Shown: one piece after another, positions 10,521 to 18,411 of the stretch | How positions within the stretch are numbered: the first letter of the stretch is position 1 | Layout: each line of letters starts with the position of its first letter | Source of the DNA: Patescibacteria group bacterium | GTDB lineage: Bacteria; Patescibacteriota; Patescibacteriia; Magasanikbacterales; GWA2-37-8 | Assembly (NCBI GenBank): GCA_041649475.1 | Contig: JBAZNA010000001.1 | Span: forward strand, 197,022-261,021 | DNA: 64,000 bases | Direction: 5' to 3' | Notes under the pieces: generated by a model | What the model was told of the DNA's origin: nothing | What the model saw: only the letters and a program-made list of their open reading frames with translations | Databases searched by the model: none | Translations under genes and position numbers: made by a program

Positions 10521-10549
10521 GCCCAAGCATCTGCTTGGGCCTTTTTTTG
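10521..10549 (+). terminator. intrinsic terminator gcccaagcatctgcttgggc + T7
   Basis: 9-bp GC stem followed by ctttttttg. Confidence 0.7.
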
Positions 10550-10587
10550 TTGATTTTGTTATGGCTTTCGGGTAAGATACGAGCACT

Positions 10588-13500
10588 ATGCCCGACTTTG
10601 TTCACCTCCATGTCCACAGCCATTATTCGCTTTTAGATGGCCTGCCAAAAATTGACGAGCTAGTTAAGCATGCCAAAAGTTTGGGCATGACTGCCCTTGC
10701 CCTCACCGATCATGGTAATATGTATGGCGCCATTGAGTTTTATGAGCGGTGTCAGAAAGAGGGAATAAAACCGATCATCGGCATGGAGGCATACTTGGCT
10801 CCGGGCAGTCGTTTTGATAAAAATCAAAATGACAAGTATTATCATCTGGTGTTGTTGGCTTTGGATTATACCGGTTATAGAAATTTGATGAAGCTGGCTT
10901 CGCTGGCTCATCTGGAGGGGTTCTATTACAAACCCCGTGTTGATAAAGAACTTCTAAAACAATATCATGAAGGTTTGGTTGCTTCATCTGCCTGTTTTGG
11001 CGGCGAGATTCCTTGGATTTTGCGCAAAGAAGATAATTTTGAGAAAGCCAAAAAAGTGGCGTTGGAATACGAAGAAATTTTTGGCAAAGGAAATTTTTAT
11101 CTGGAACTGCAGGACTTGCCGGGTTTGGAAGGTCAGATGGAGATGAATACAAAATTAATTAAGCTTTCCCAAGATACTGGCGTCCCGCTTATTGTCACCC
11201 GTGACGTGCATTATTTGAAACCGGAGGACGCCGAAGCCCAGGATATTTTAACCTGCATCCGCGACGGCCGGACTTTGGATGAACCCAATCGCCAGACCAT
11301 GAATGCGGTTGATTGTTCAATGGCTAGCGTCAAAGAAATCGCCGGCCGCTTTAAACATATTCCTGAAGCATTGGAGAACACGGTTAAGATTGCCGAAAGA
11401 GCGAATCTGGTTTTAGAACTTAATAAATGGCATTTTCCGCCTCTTGAGCTTCCGGTCGGGCAGACCGCCGACAGTTATTTGCGCGAGCAGGTTTATGAAA
11501 GATTGCCGAAGCTGTTGCAGATAACCGAGGAGGTGAAAAAAAGAGTTGACTATGAGTTGGAAATTATCGCCAAAAAAGGTTATTCTCCGTATTTTTTAAC
11601 AGTTGCCGATTATGTGCAGTATGCGCGCGACCACGGCATTGCCGAAACGACCAGGGGCTCGGCTGCTGGTTCAATCGTTTCTTACGCTATAGGAATCGTC
11701 ACTGTTAATCCGCTGTATTTCAAATTGCCGTTTGAAAGATTTTTAAATCCATTCCGTCCCAGCCCGCCGGATATTGACGCGGACTTCGCCGACGACCGCC
11801 GCGACGACATGATTGCTTATGTCACGCAAAAATATGGTGCGGACAAAGTGGCGCAGATTATTACCTTCGGAACGATGATGGCGCGCGGAGCGGTGCGCGA
11901 TGTGGGCCGAGCGCTGGGCTATACCTATTCTTTTTGCGATCAGATTTCAAAAATGATTCCTTTTGGCGCGCAGGGTTTTCACATGAATATTGCCAAAGCC
12001 ATGGAGCTGGAGCCGGATTTAAAAAAATTATACGATCAAAATCCGCAAGCCCACCGTTTATTGGATTTGGCGCAAAAAGTGGAGGGCTGCGCCCGACACA
12101 CTTCCATACACGCGGCCGGAGTGGTGATTTCACCGACGCCGCTTACGGATTTTACTCCGGTTCAGCGCGAAACCGGCGGTGAGAGAATTACCACTCAATA
12201 TGAAATGCACGCGGTGGAGGCGGCTGGAGTTTTGAAAATGGACTTTTTGGGGATCCGCAATTTATCTATTTTGGGTCATGCCGTGGAAATTATAGAAAAA
12301 ACAACCGGCCAGAAAATTGATATCTACAAATTGCCCTGGGATGACAAAAAAACCTATGAAATGCTGGCGCGCGGTGAAACTATCGGTGTGTTCCAGCTTT
12401 CCGGATCTGGCATGACCAGATATTTGAAAGAATTAAAGCCGGCCAGCATCTTTGATATTATGGCCATGGTGGCACTGTTTCGCCCCGGGCCAATGGAATC
12501 AATTCCCGAATATATAAAAAGAAAAAATCATCCGGAACTGATTGAATATCTTGATCCGCGCATGGAAAATTATCTTGATCAGTCCCTGGGCTTGATTGTT
12601 TATCAGGACGACGTTTTGCTTACGGCTATAAATTTGGCCGGATACAATTGGGAGGAAGCGGATAAATTCAGAAAAGCGATGGGCAAGAAAATTCCGGAAG
12701 AAATGGCCAAGCAGAAAGAGAAATTTTTTAAGGGCTGCCGTGAATTCGGGCATTTGTCCGAAGCAAAAATCAACACCCTGTGGGAACGCATTGAGCCGTT
12801 TGCCGCTTATGGTTTTAACAAGGCCCATGCCTGCAGTTATGGAGTTGTGGCCTATCAGACCGCCTATCTGAAAGCTAATTTTCCGGTGCAGTATATGACC
12901 GCGATTTTGATTGCGGAAAGCGGCGACATTGATAAAGTGCCGGAAATTATTCATGAGTGCGAGAGAATCGGCATAAAGGTCTTACCGCCCGATGTTAATG
13001 AAAGTTTTAAAAATTTCGCCATGATTTCGCCGGAAGACGGATCCGAGCCGCACATTAGGTTCGGTTTAAACGGCATAAAAAATCTGGGCGAGCATATTGC
13101 CGAAGTGATTTACCGCGAACGCAAAGAACATGGCACGTATAAAGACCTGCAGGATTTGCTCACGCGTGTAAATGATAAGGATTTAAACAAAAAGTCCCTG
13201 GAAAGTTTGGCTAAATGTGGCGCGCTTGATTGTTTTGGCCATGACCGGGGATTGCTTTTGGCCAACACGGACAACCTTTTGGGTTTTGTCAGGCAGATGC
13301 ATGAGAAAACCCAATCAAACCAGAATTCGCTTTTTTCAGGCACAACGATTGATTTGTCCGCCAAAGTTCAGCTTAATCCGGCGCCCCTGGCCGATGAAGC
13401 CGACAAGCTGATTTGGGAAAAAGAATTGCTGGGACTCTTCGTCACTTCCCATCCATTTAAGTATTTTGAAAAAATTATGAACGGCGTGCTGACACCGATT

Positions 13501-14055
13501 AAGGACTTGCCCAATCAGCCGCGCAACAGCCGGGTGGTGGTGGGCGGATTTATTGATTCCACCAAGAAAAAAATTACCAGAAGCGGCAAGGCGATGATGT
13601 TCGCCAAAATTCAGGATCTAAGCGGTGGGTTGGAACTTTTGATTTTCCCGCGCACCTTTGAAACCACCAAAGATGTTTGGCAAGAAGGAAAACCGGTTTG
13701 CGTGGTGGGCAAGACATCAGAAGAAGAAGGGGATGACAAACTGTTTGTGGACCGGGCGTATATTTTAACCAAAGAAAACGCGGCTACGCTGGCCATGCAA
13801 ATGAATATCAATCAGGGTGCGCCGTCTTTGCGCCAGTATGCGCCGAATTTTGTCAGTCCGGAAGAAGAGGGCTTTGAAGTTGTGGTCAGCCCGGCCAAGA
13901 TAAAAACCGAATCAGATAATATTAAAAAAATTCTAGGGAGGTATCCGGGCGATAAGGTGGTGTATATAAAAGTGGGGAATAAAAAAATAAAAAGCGGCTA
14001 CCGGGTGGACGGCTGCACAGAGTTGAAAGAAGAACTTAAACAATTTTCCAATTAG
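10588..14055 (+). CDS. dnaE: DNA polymerase III alpha subunit
   Basis: 1155 aa with an N-terminal PHP domain (HLHVHSHYSLLDG) and the polymerase core. The length and motifs are typical of DnaE. Confidence 0.95.
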   Translation: MPDFVHLHVHSHYSLLDGLPKIDELVKHAKSLGMTALALTDHGNMYGAIEFYERCQKEGIKPIIGMEAYLAPGSRFDKNQNDKYYHLVLLALDYTGYRNLMKLASLAHLEGFYYKPRVDKELLKQYHEGLVASSACFGGEIPWILRKEDNFEKAKKVALEYEEIFGKGNFYLELQDLPGLEGQMEMNTKLIKLSQDTGVPLIVTRDVHYLKPEDAEAQDILTCIRDGRTLDEPNRQTMNAVDCSMASVKEIAGRFKHIPEALENTVKIAERANLVLELNKWHFPPLELPVGQTADSYLREQVYERLPKLLQITEEVKKRVDYELEIIAKKGYSPYFLTVADYVQYARDHGIAETTRGSAAGSIVSYAIGIVTVNPLYFKLPFERFLNPFRPSPPDIDADFADDRRDDMIAYVTQKYGADKVAQIITFGTMMARGAVRDVGRALGYTYSFCDQISKMIPFGAQGFHMNIAKAMELEPDLKKLYDQNPQAHRLLDLAQKVEGCARHTSIHAAGVVISPTPLTDFTPVQRETGGERITTQYEMHAVEAAGVLKMDFLGIRNLSILGHAVEIIEKTTGQKIDIYKLPWDDKKTYEMLARGETIGVFQLSGSGMTRYLKELKPASIFDIMAMVALFRPGPMESIPEYIKRKNHPELIEYLDPRMENYLDQSLGLIVYQDDVLLTAINLAGYNWEEADKFRKAMGKKIPEEMAKQKEKFFKGCREFGHLSEAKINTLWERIEPFAAYGFNKAHACSYGVVAYQTAYLKANFPVQYMTAILIAESGDIDKVPEIIHECERIGIKVLPPDVNESFKNFAMISPEDGSEPHIRFGLNGIKNLGEHIAEVIYRERKEHGTYKDLQDLLTRVNDKDLNKKSLESLAKCGALDCFGHDRGLLLANTDNLLGFVRQMHEKTQSNQNSLFSGTTIDLSAKVQLNPAPLADEADKLIWEKELLGLFVTSHPFKYFEKIMNGVLTPIKDLPNQPRNSRVVVGGFIDSTKKKITRSGKAMMFAKIQDLSGGLELLIFPRTFETTKDVWQEGKPVCVVGKTSEEEGDDKLFVDRAYILTKENAATLAMQMNINQGAPSLRQYAPNFVSPEEEGFEVVVSPAKIKTESDNIKKILGRYPGDKVVYIKVGNKKIKSGYRVDGCTELKEELKQFSN

Positions 14056-15034
14056 GGTCGGCCTTAAGGTTCCGCCAATTTGTAAAATCTTCTTTAAGGG
14101 TATGATAATATCCGGCCACGGCAATCATGGCCGCGTTGTCCATGCAGTATTTTAAGTCCGGATATTTTATGTTGCTGCCGGAAAGTGCATCGGCGAAGGT
14201 TTCCCGCAGTTTTAAATTTGCGCTCACGCCGCCGCCAACCACGATTGTCTTCGGCCGGAATTCTTGCACCGCTTTGACGGTTTTAGAAACCAAAACATCA
14301 ACAATGGCCTGTTCCAAACTGGCGCAAAAATCTTCCAGTGTAATTTTTTTATTGATTTTATGATCTCTTAACCAATAAAGAGCCGAGGTTTTCAGTCCGG
14401 CAAAACTAAAATTATAATTATCATCATTTATCATCGGCCGCGGAAATTTTATCGCCTGCGGATTTCCGTTTTTTCCCAGTTTAGAAATTTGCGGACCGCC
14501 CGGATAGGGGAGATCAACCAGCTTGGCCACCTTATCAAAACATTCTCCGGCTGCGTCGTCACGGGTCGCGCCCAGTAGTTTATATTGCCTGGGTTTTTTT
14601 ATTAAAATTAATTCGGTATGGCCGCCGCTCACCACCAAACACAAAGCTGGAAATTCTATCTTGGAGTCGGCCGCGATCTCCGTAGAATAAATATGGCCTT
14701 CAATATGATTTACTGCCACCACCGGAATTTTTAAAGCGTACGATAAAGTTCTGGCCGCTTCCACGCCTACCAATAATCCGGTAATCAGCCCGGGTCCGGC
14801 CGTGACCGCAATCGCATCCGGCTGGGGCTGGTTTTCCAAAATGAGTTCAATCAGCGGCGTAATTTTTTCCGCATGCGCCCGGCCGGCGATTTCCGGCACC
14901 ACCCCGCCGTATTTTTTGTGAATGTCAATTTGCGAAGCGGTTTTTTCCGATACCACAACGCAACCTTGGCTTGAACAATTGAGCAAGGCCACCGAAGTAT
15001 CGTCACAGGAACTTTCTATACCAAGAATAAGCAT
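14036..15034 (-). CDS. tsaD: tRNA N6-adenosine threonylcarbamoyltransferase TsaD
   Basis: Kae1/TsaD family motifs (MLILGIESSCDDTSVAL, HIEGHI). The true start is placed at the MLILGIE methionine (15034). The ORF-track extension to 15151 runs into the downstream hairpin of cassette B. Its 3' end overlaps the dnaE 3' end by 20 nt. Confidence 0.9.
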   Translation of the reverse strand: MLILGIESSCDDTSVALLNCSSQGCVVVSEKTASQIDIHKKYGGVVPEIAGRAHAEKITPLIELILENQPQPDAIAVTAGPGLITGLLVGVEAARTLSYALKIPVVAVNHIEGHIYSTEIAADSKIEFPALCLVVSGGHTELILIKKPRQYKLLGATRDDAAGECFDKVAKLVDLPYPGGPQISKLGKNGNPQAIKFPRPMINDDNYNFSFAGLKTSALYWLRDHKINKKITLEDFCASLEQAIVDVLVSKTVKAVQEFRPKTIVVGGGVSANLKLRETFADALSGSNIKYPDLKYCMDNAAMIAVAGYYHTLKEDFTNWRNLKADPNWKIV

Positions 15035-15117
15035 ATTTTTCGCAATACCGAATTTCCTATTTAGAAACTCGGTATTACGGAGGAAGACGTGTGTCTTCCT
15101 CGACTCCTTATGTCTCC

Positions 15118-15564
15118 TTATGGCCAGTTGAGTTCCGCCGGCATAGGCCAATCACTGGCGTCGAAACTCACGAATCCCGGCGTCCATTTGAACTTGGACG
15201 CTTCTCCCGGACCAGAAGTGCCCGTGAGCTCGTGAATTTTTTTAGAACTGAGCACCTTGAGCGGCGACATCTCTTTCGGCTCCGGGCTATCGATAGTGGC
15301 CTGGAGAGAATAACCAATCCCTTTCGTGGGATTGTAGAGGAGAAGTTGCGTGGCGACTTTTGCCCGTTTGTGCTCAAGGCAGTCCCACACCATCTTCAAG
15401 AGCGGCTTCTCCACTACGACCACAGGTTCATTATCCTCTGCAGTCAGAGCTGGGAATACACCCATCAGTCCGTGTTCGATCAGCAGTAGGTAACCGTACC
15501 GAAGCTGCCATCCGCTCAGATCCTTTTCGAAGATGCTTCCCAGCGCCGGTCCTTGTTTGCTCAT
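15118..15564 (-). CDS. hypothetical protein, GC-rich cassette B (148 aa)
   Basis: Start chosen at MSKQGPALG because it is preceded by TTGGAGGAAACC-ATG (GGAGG ribosome-binding site). The coding sequence is GC-rich, unlike the host. It lies 33 nt downstream of the 3' end of tRNA-Met on the same strand and is followed by a GC hairpin. No recognisable domain. Confidence 0.55.
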   Translation of the reverse strand: MSKQGPALGSIFEKDLSGWQLRYGYLLLIEHGLMGVFPALTAEDNEPVVVVEKPLLKMVWDCLEHKRAKVATQLLLYNPTKGIGYSLQATIDSPEPKEMSPLKVLSSKKIHELTGTSGPGEASKFKWTPGFVSFDASDWPMPAELNWP

Positions 15565-15597
15565 GGTTTCCTCCAAGATCGAGATCGTTTTCCCGAG

Positions 15598-15671
15598 TGT
15601 CAGGGGAGGGAGTCGGACCCTCGACCTTAGGGTTATGAATCCTACGCTCTTACCAACTGAGCTACCCTGAC
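15598..15671 (-). tRNA. tRNA-Met (anticodon CAT; could also be a lysidine-modified tRNA-Ile2)
   Basis: The reverse complement folds as a cloverleaf. It has a 7-bp acceptor stem GTCAGGG/CCCTGAC, a D-arm GCTC-AGTTGGTAA-GAGC, an anticodon loop TTCATAA and a T-arm GAGGG-TCCGACT-CCCTC. There is no encoded CCA. G1-C72 is paired, so it is an elongator type. Confidence 0.75.
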
Positions 15672-15680
15672 ATTACCGAA

Positions 15681-15709
15681 AGTATACAAAAAAAAATGGC
15701 TTTAGTCAA
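15681..15709 (-). promoter_or_regulatory. sigma70-like promoter (TTGACT -17- TATACT) for tRNA-Met, with probable read-through into cassette B
   Basis: On the reverse strand: ttgact aaagccatttttttttg tatact, placed 7-10 nt before the tRNA 5' end. Confidence 0.55.
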
Positions 15710-15755
15710 TGTTGATTTTGGCTCTGTTCTGTGATAGTGTAAATTCAATAATTTT

Positions 15756-16796
15756 GTGATTATGTTGGAAAAAAGGCCTTATGAAAACTCAATACCGCTT
15801 GTCGGCCAGAATCGGCCGTCTTTTGCTGTGGAAAAAGTTGTTTTGGGGCAGAAAAGAGAAGCCAGGGAGTGTTTGAGACGCTGTTATGAATATCGCGACA
15901 GCAAGGGTGAATTTATCGCCCAGGGGTTGGTTGATGTAAATGCCAAACCGTTTCCTATTGAATCGCCGGATCCAAAGCTTGGATTTTACAACGGCTGGAA
16001 GCTGGAGTCCTTTATTATTATATCCAAAGAAGGAAAAAAGCGTGACGTATTAAAAAATTTAAACAAAGACGGCCAGCCGCTGCCGGATATAGTCATAGAC
16101 GATTTGGTGGAGCAATGTGGGTATATCAATGAACCAAAAAAGATGATAGTCGTGCCGCCGCTTAAGTCCGCCAAAGAAATTGAAGAGTTGGTGCATGAAA
16201 ATATGCACGCACAACAGGATAATAACAGCCATTTTAAACCACTTTTGGATTTGTATGAATGGTCGGAGATGGATGCCGGTGCGCTTGGCGAGGCGGAAGT
16301 GGAAAAACGGTTGCGTGAAATTTTGCGGGCGGTTTCCCATTTTGGCGAAGCAAAAAAGTTTGCCAAGCAATTGAAGGATGATGTTACTTTTTTTGAAGGC
16401 GCACTGCGGTCTGGCAAAGTGCCGGCCTCTGAAGTGCCAAAGATGATGGAAGAGCGGGTCAAACGGATACAAAAAATGTTTTCTTTACCAATGCAGATAT
16501 GTGAGATAGACGCCGAAGACGGGGGATTAAAAGGGTTGGAAGAAATTAAAGAAACCATAGGCGCTGATTTTTTGGCGCCGTTTATCTGGACACCGTCAGT
16601 GATTGCCGACACCCCGCACTCCAGAGCGCTGGACGCGGAAGAAGAAAACCGCTTTGAGGTGTTGGGAACATCTGATTTATACGAGCAAAAGAAAAAATTT
16701 GAGCACGGCAAGCCGTCAGTCACCAGTGTGCCGGCGATTGTCAAAATGTATCTTGAATCCGTGGGCGCTTTGCCGGCGCCATGGGAAAAAGGTTGA
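15756..16796 (+). CDS. hypothetical protein with HExxH motif (possible metallopeptidase-like)
   Basis: 346 aa in host-like composition. The only recognisable feature is the HENMH motif. Confidence 0.45.
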   Translation: MIMLEKRPYENSIPLVGQNRPSFAVEKVVLGQKREARECLRRCYEYRDSKGEFIAQGLVDVNAKPFPIESPDPKLGFYNGWKLESFIIISKEGKKRDVLKNLNKDGQPLPDIVIDDLVEQCGYINEPKKMIVVPPLKSAKEIEELVHENMHAQQDNNSHFKPLLDLYEWSEMDAGALGEAEVEKRLREILRAVSHFGEAKKFAKQLKDDVTFFEGALRSGKVPASEVPKMMEERVKRIQKMFSLPMQICEIDAEDGGLKGLEEIKETIGADFLAPFIWTPSVIADTPHSRALDAEEENRFEVLGTSDLYEQKKKFEHGKPSVTSVPAIVKMYLESVGALPAPWEKG

Positions 16797-16834
16797 CTTT
16801 CACCGAATTTTCTGGTATCATAATGCCGCACTAT

Positions 16835-16909
16835 GGCCCCATCGTCTAGTGGTTAGGACATCTCGCTTTCAATGAGAAAACACGGGTCCGATTCCCGTTG
16901 GGGCTACCA
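16835..16909 (+). tRNA. tRNA-Glu (anticodon TTC), CCA encoded
   Basis: Cloverleaf with acceptor GGCCCCA/TGGGGCT (G1-U72 wobble), D-arm GTCT-AGTGGTTAG-GGAC, anticodon loop CTTTCAA and T-arm CGGG-TCCGATT-CCCG, followed by ACCA. Confidence 0.85.
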
Positions 16910-16913
16910 ATAC

Positions 16914-16945
16914 AAAAGATTCCGGAGAACCGGAATCTTTTGTTA
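16914..16945. terminator. bidirectional intrinsic terminator gattccggagaaccggaatc flanked by A/T runs
   Basis: Perfect 8-bp stem with aaaa upstream and tttt downstream, lying between tRNA-Glu (+) and a convergent lipoprotein gene (-). Confidence 0.65.
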
Positions 16946-16955
16946 CGGGCGATGG

Positions 16956-17666
16956 CTAGAGGCCGAGCTTTGTTTTACAAGTTTTCGTAATAGCTTCTTT
17001 TGTCACACCGTATTTTGCCGCAAGCATATACCAATAATTATACAATCTTTGGGCATTTAACATGGCTACAAAAATATTATGGGAACGAACGTCGGCCGAT
17101 TGGGCCAGCTCCAGCATTTTTTGACACTCTCCGGTTGTCACTGTCCCGCCCAGATTAAACGGTTCATCAATTCTCATCATGACAAGTGCCTGACATTCCG
17201 CTCCTTCCACCAAGTTAATGCTAAGGGCCAGTTTGTCCTTTGTAACTACCATGATATTACCCGACAACGCTATCTTGTAACCGTGTTTTTTAAAGGCGTT
17301 TTCCAGTTTCGCTGTTGTCGGTTTGATTTTGACAACATACATTAGGGCATCTCCGACCTGATCGCCTTGTCCGATATTGGCGGAAAAAATTATTTCACCG
17401 CCGGCTTCGCTGTAAATTGATTTTAATTCTTTGGCCAACCCATTGGGAACCTCTGCTTCTGTGGCTGAATTGCACATATCCCCGGAATCTTTGTTATCAT
17501 CCGGCGGTTCCGTCGCAGTGCTGTTCGGAGACTGTTGGTTGACAGCCGGCGGGTAAATGTTCTCCTGCTTTGAATTTTGAGCGGGACTTTTATTAATACA
17601 TCCGGCGCCGGTTAAAATCAAAATACTGCCTAAAACAAACGCAATACCAAGAATTTTTTTGTTCAT
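16956..17666 (-). CDS. hypothetical lipoprotein
   Basis: Signal peptide with lipobox LTGAGC followed by a Pro/Gln-rich linker, 236 aa. Confidence 0.6.
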   Translation of the reverse strand: MNKKILGIAFVLGSILILTGAGCINKSPAQNSKQENIYPPAVNQQSPNSTATEPPDDNKDSGDMCNSATEAEVPNGLAKELKSIYSEAGGEIIFSANIGQGDQVGDALMYVVKIKPTTAKLENAFKKHGYKIALSGNIMVVTKDKLALSINLVEGAECQALVMMRIDEPFNLGGTVTTGECQKMLELAQSADVRSHNIFVAMLNAQRLYNYWYMLAAKYGVTKEAITKTCKTKLGL

Positions 17667-17840
17667 ATTTGAAATTAGTGCATTAATAAATTTAGCAAGG
17701 AAAATTTTTGGCTGATATAATTATATCATTTTATGTTAAGAATAACAAAAATCGTCTACAAACCAAACTCCACCCATAAGGTGGAGTTTGTGATATAATA
17801 CAAATATCAATAATTTAATTTTTTATTCTTAACAAACACT

Positions 17841-18014
17841 ATGACCAAACATCAAGGCGTCTCAAGCGGAATCTACGGCCTGGCATTCATCGGCGCTCTT
17901 ATTTATTATATCCAACACGCCACCACATTCTGGATGGGCGTGCTGGGATTTTTGAAGGCCCTGGTTTGGCCGGCATTTTTGATTTATAAATTGTTGGAAT
18001 TTTTACACATGTAA
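17841..18014 (+). CDS. putative small membrane protein (57 aa, below the ORF-track cutoff)
   Basis: ATG at 17841 preceded by an extended -10 (tgaTATAAT at about 17786-17794). It encodes two predicted transmembrane helices (GIYGLAFIGALIYYI, WPAFLIYKLLEFL) and is followed by the 18021-18052 terminator. Confidence 0.3.
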   Translation: MTKHQGVSSGIYGLAFIGALIYYIQHATTFWMGVLGFLKALVWPAFLIYKLLEFLHM

Positions 18015-18020
18015 ATATAA

Positions 18021-18052
18021 AGATCCTGTTGCTTCGCAAGCAGGATCTCTTT
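18021..18052. terminator. bidirectional intrinsic terminator (gatcctgttgcttcgcaagcaggatc) with flanking T/A runs
   Basis: Imperfect 10-bp stem with a T-run on each strand. It ends the small + ORF and the minus-strand cassette C. Confidence 0.6.
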
Positions 18053-18073
18053 TTCTCCTTTCACATTATCCTT

Positions 18074-18400
18074 TCACAGGACCACTTCTTCGTAGTAGTC
18101 GGCCCGCTCGTGGCTAGCGTAGGGGCTTGATTTGGCATCCTTGAGCGCAGCTGCGGCGAACGGTTCGTCTATGGTGACCTCGGCAACGTTCTCGCACTTG
18201 GCGATCAACAGCTGACAACCATCACAGCCGAATCCGGTCACGGTTGCCAGAACCAGCGCCTCCTTGATCTTCGGTACCCGGCCCTCTTTGCGGATGGCTT
18301 CGGCCACATCGGCCGCGTTTTCTCCACCGCAGTCGGTCCAGAACTTGAAAACAACCTCATCACCCTTGCGCACACTAACGAGTCCGGTTTTTCCGTGCAT
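18074..18400 (-). CDS. hypothetical protein, GC-rich cassette C (108 aa, contains a GCDGC Cys pair)
   Basis: The ATG is preceded by a perfect AAGGAGG ribosome-binding site that overlaps the TAA stop of the upstream FAD oxidoreductase gene. The coding sequence is strongly GC-rich. It has no promoter of its own and ends at the terminator at 18021-18052. Confidence 0.55.
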   Translation of the reverse strand: MHGKTGLVSVRKGDEVVFKFWTDCGGENAADVAEAIRKEGRVPKIKEALVLATVTGFGCDGCQLLIAKCENVAEVTIDEPFAAAALKDAKSSPYASHERADYYEEVVL

Positions 18401-18411
18401 ATCACCCCTCC

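Noticed and set aside
10042-10623. 193-aa minus-strand ORF (and 65- and 115-aa siblings) across cassette A
   Set aside because: It is an antisense shadow of the GC-rich + ORF, as high-GC sequence has few stop codons. The promoter, ribosome-binding site and terminator are all oriented for the + strand ORF.
15035-15151. N-terminal extensions of tsaD (to 15151), the sugar transferase (to 56025) and the pilin (to 26044) in the ORF track
   Set aside because: Each extension reads into or antisense through an adjacent GC-rich cassette or terminator. Conserved family N-termini (MLILGIESSCDD, MKKFELFF, MSKKGFTLIELL) identify the real starts.
15986-16831. 281-aa minus-strand ORF overlapping the 15756-16796 plus-strand ORF
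   Set aside because: Ser-rich low-complexity translation. The + strand frame has normal composition and an HExxH motif. It also overlaps tRNA-Glu.
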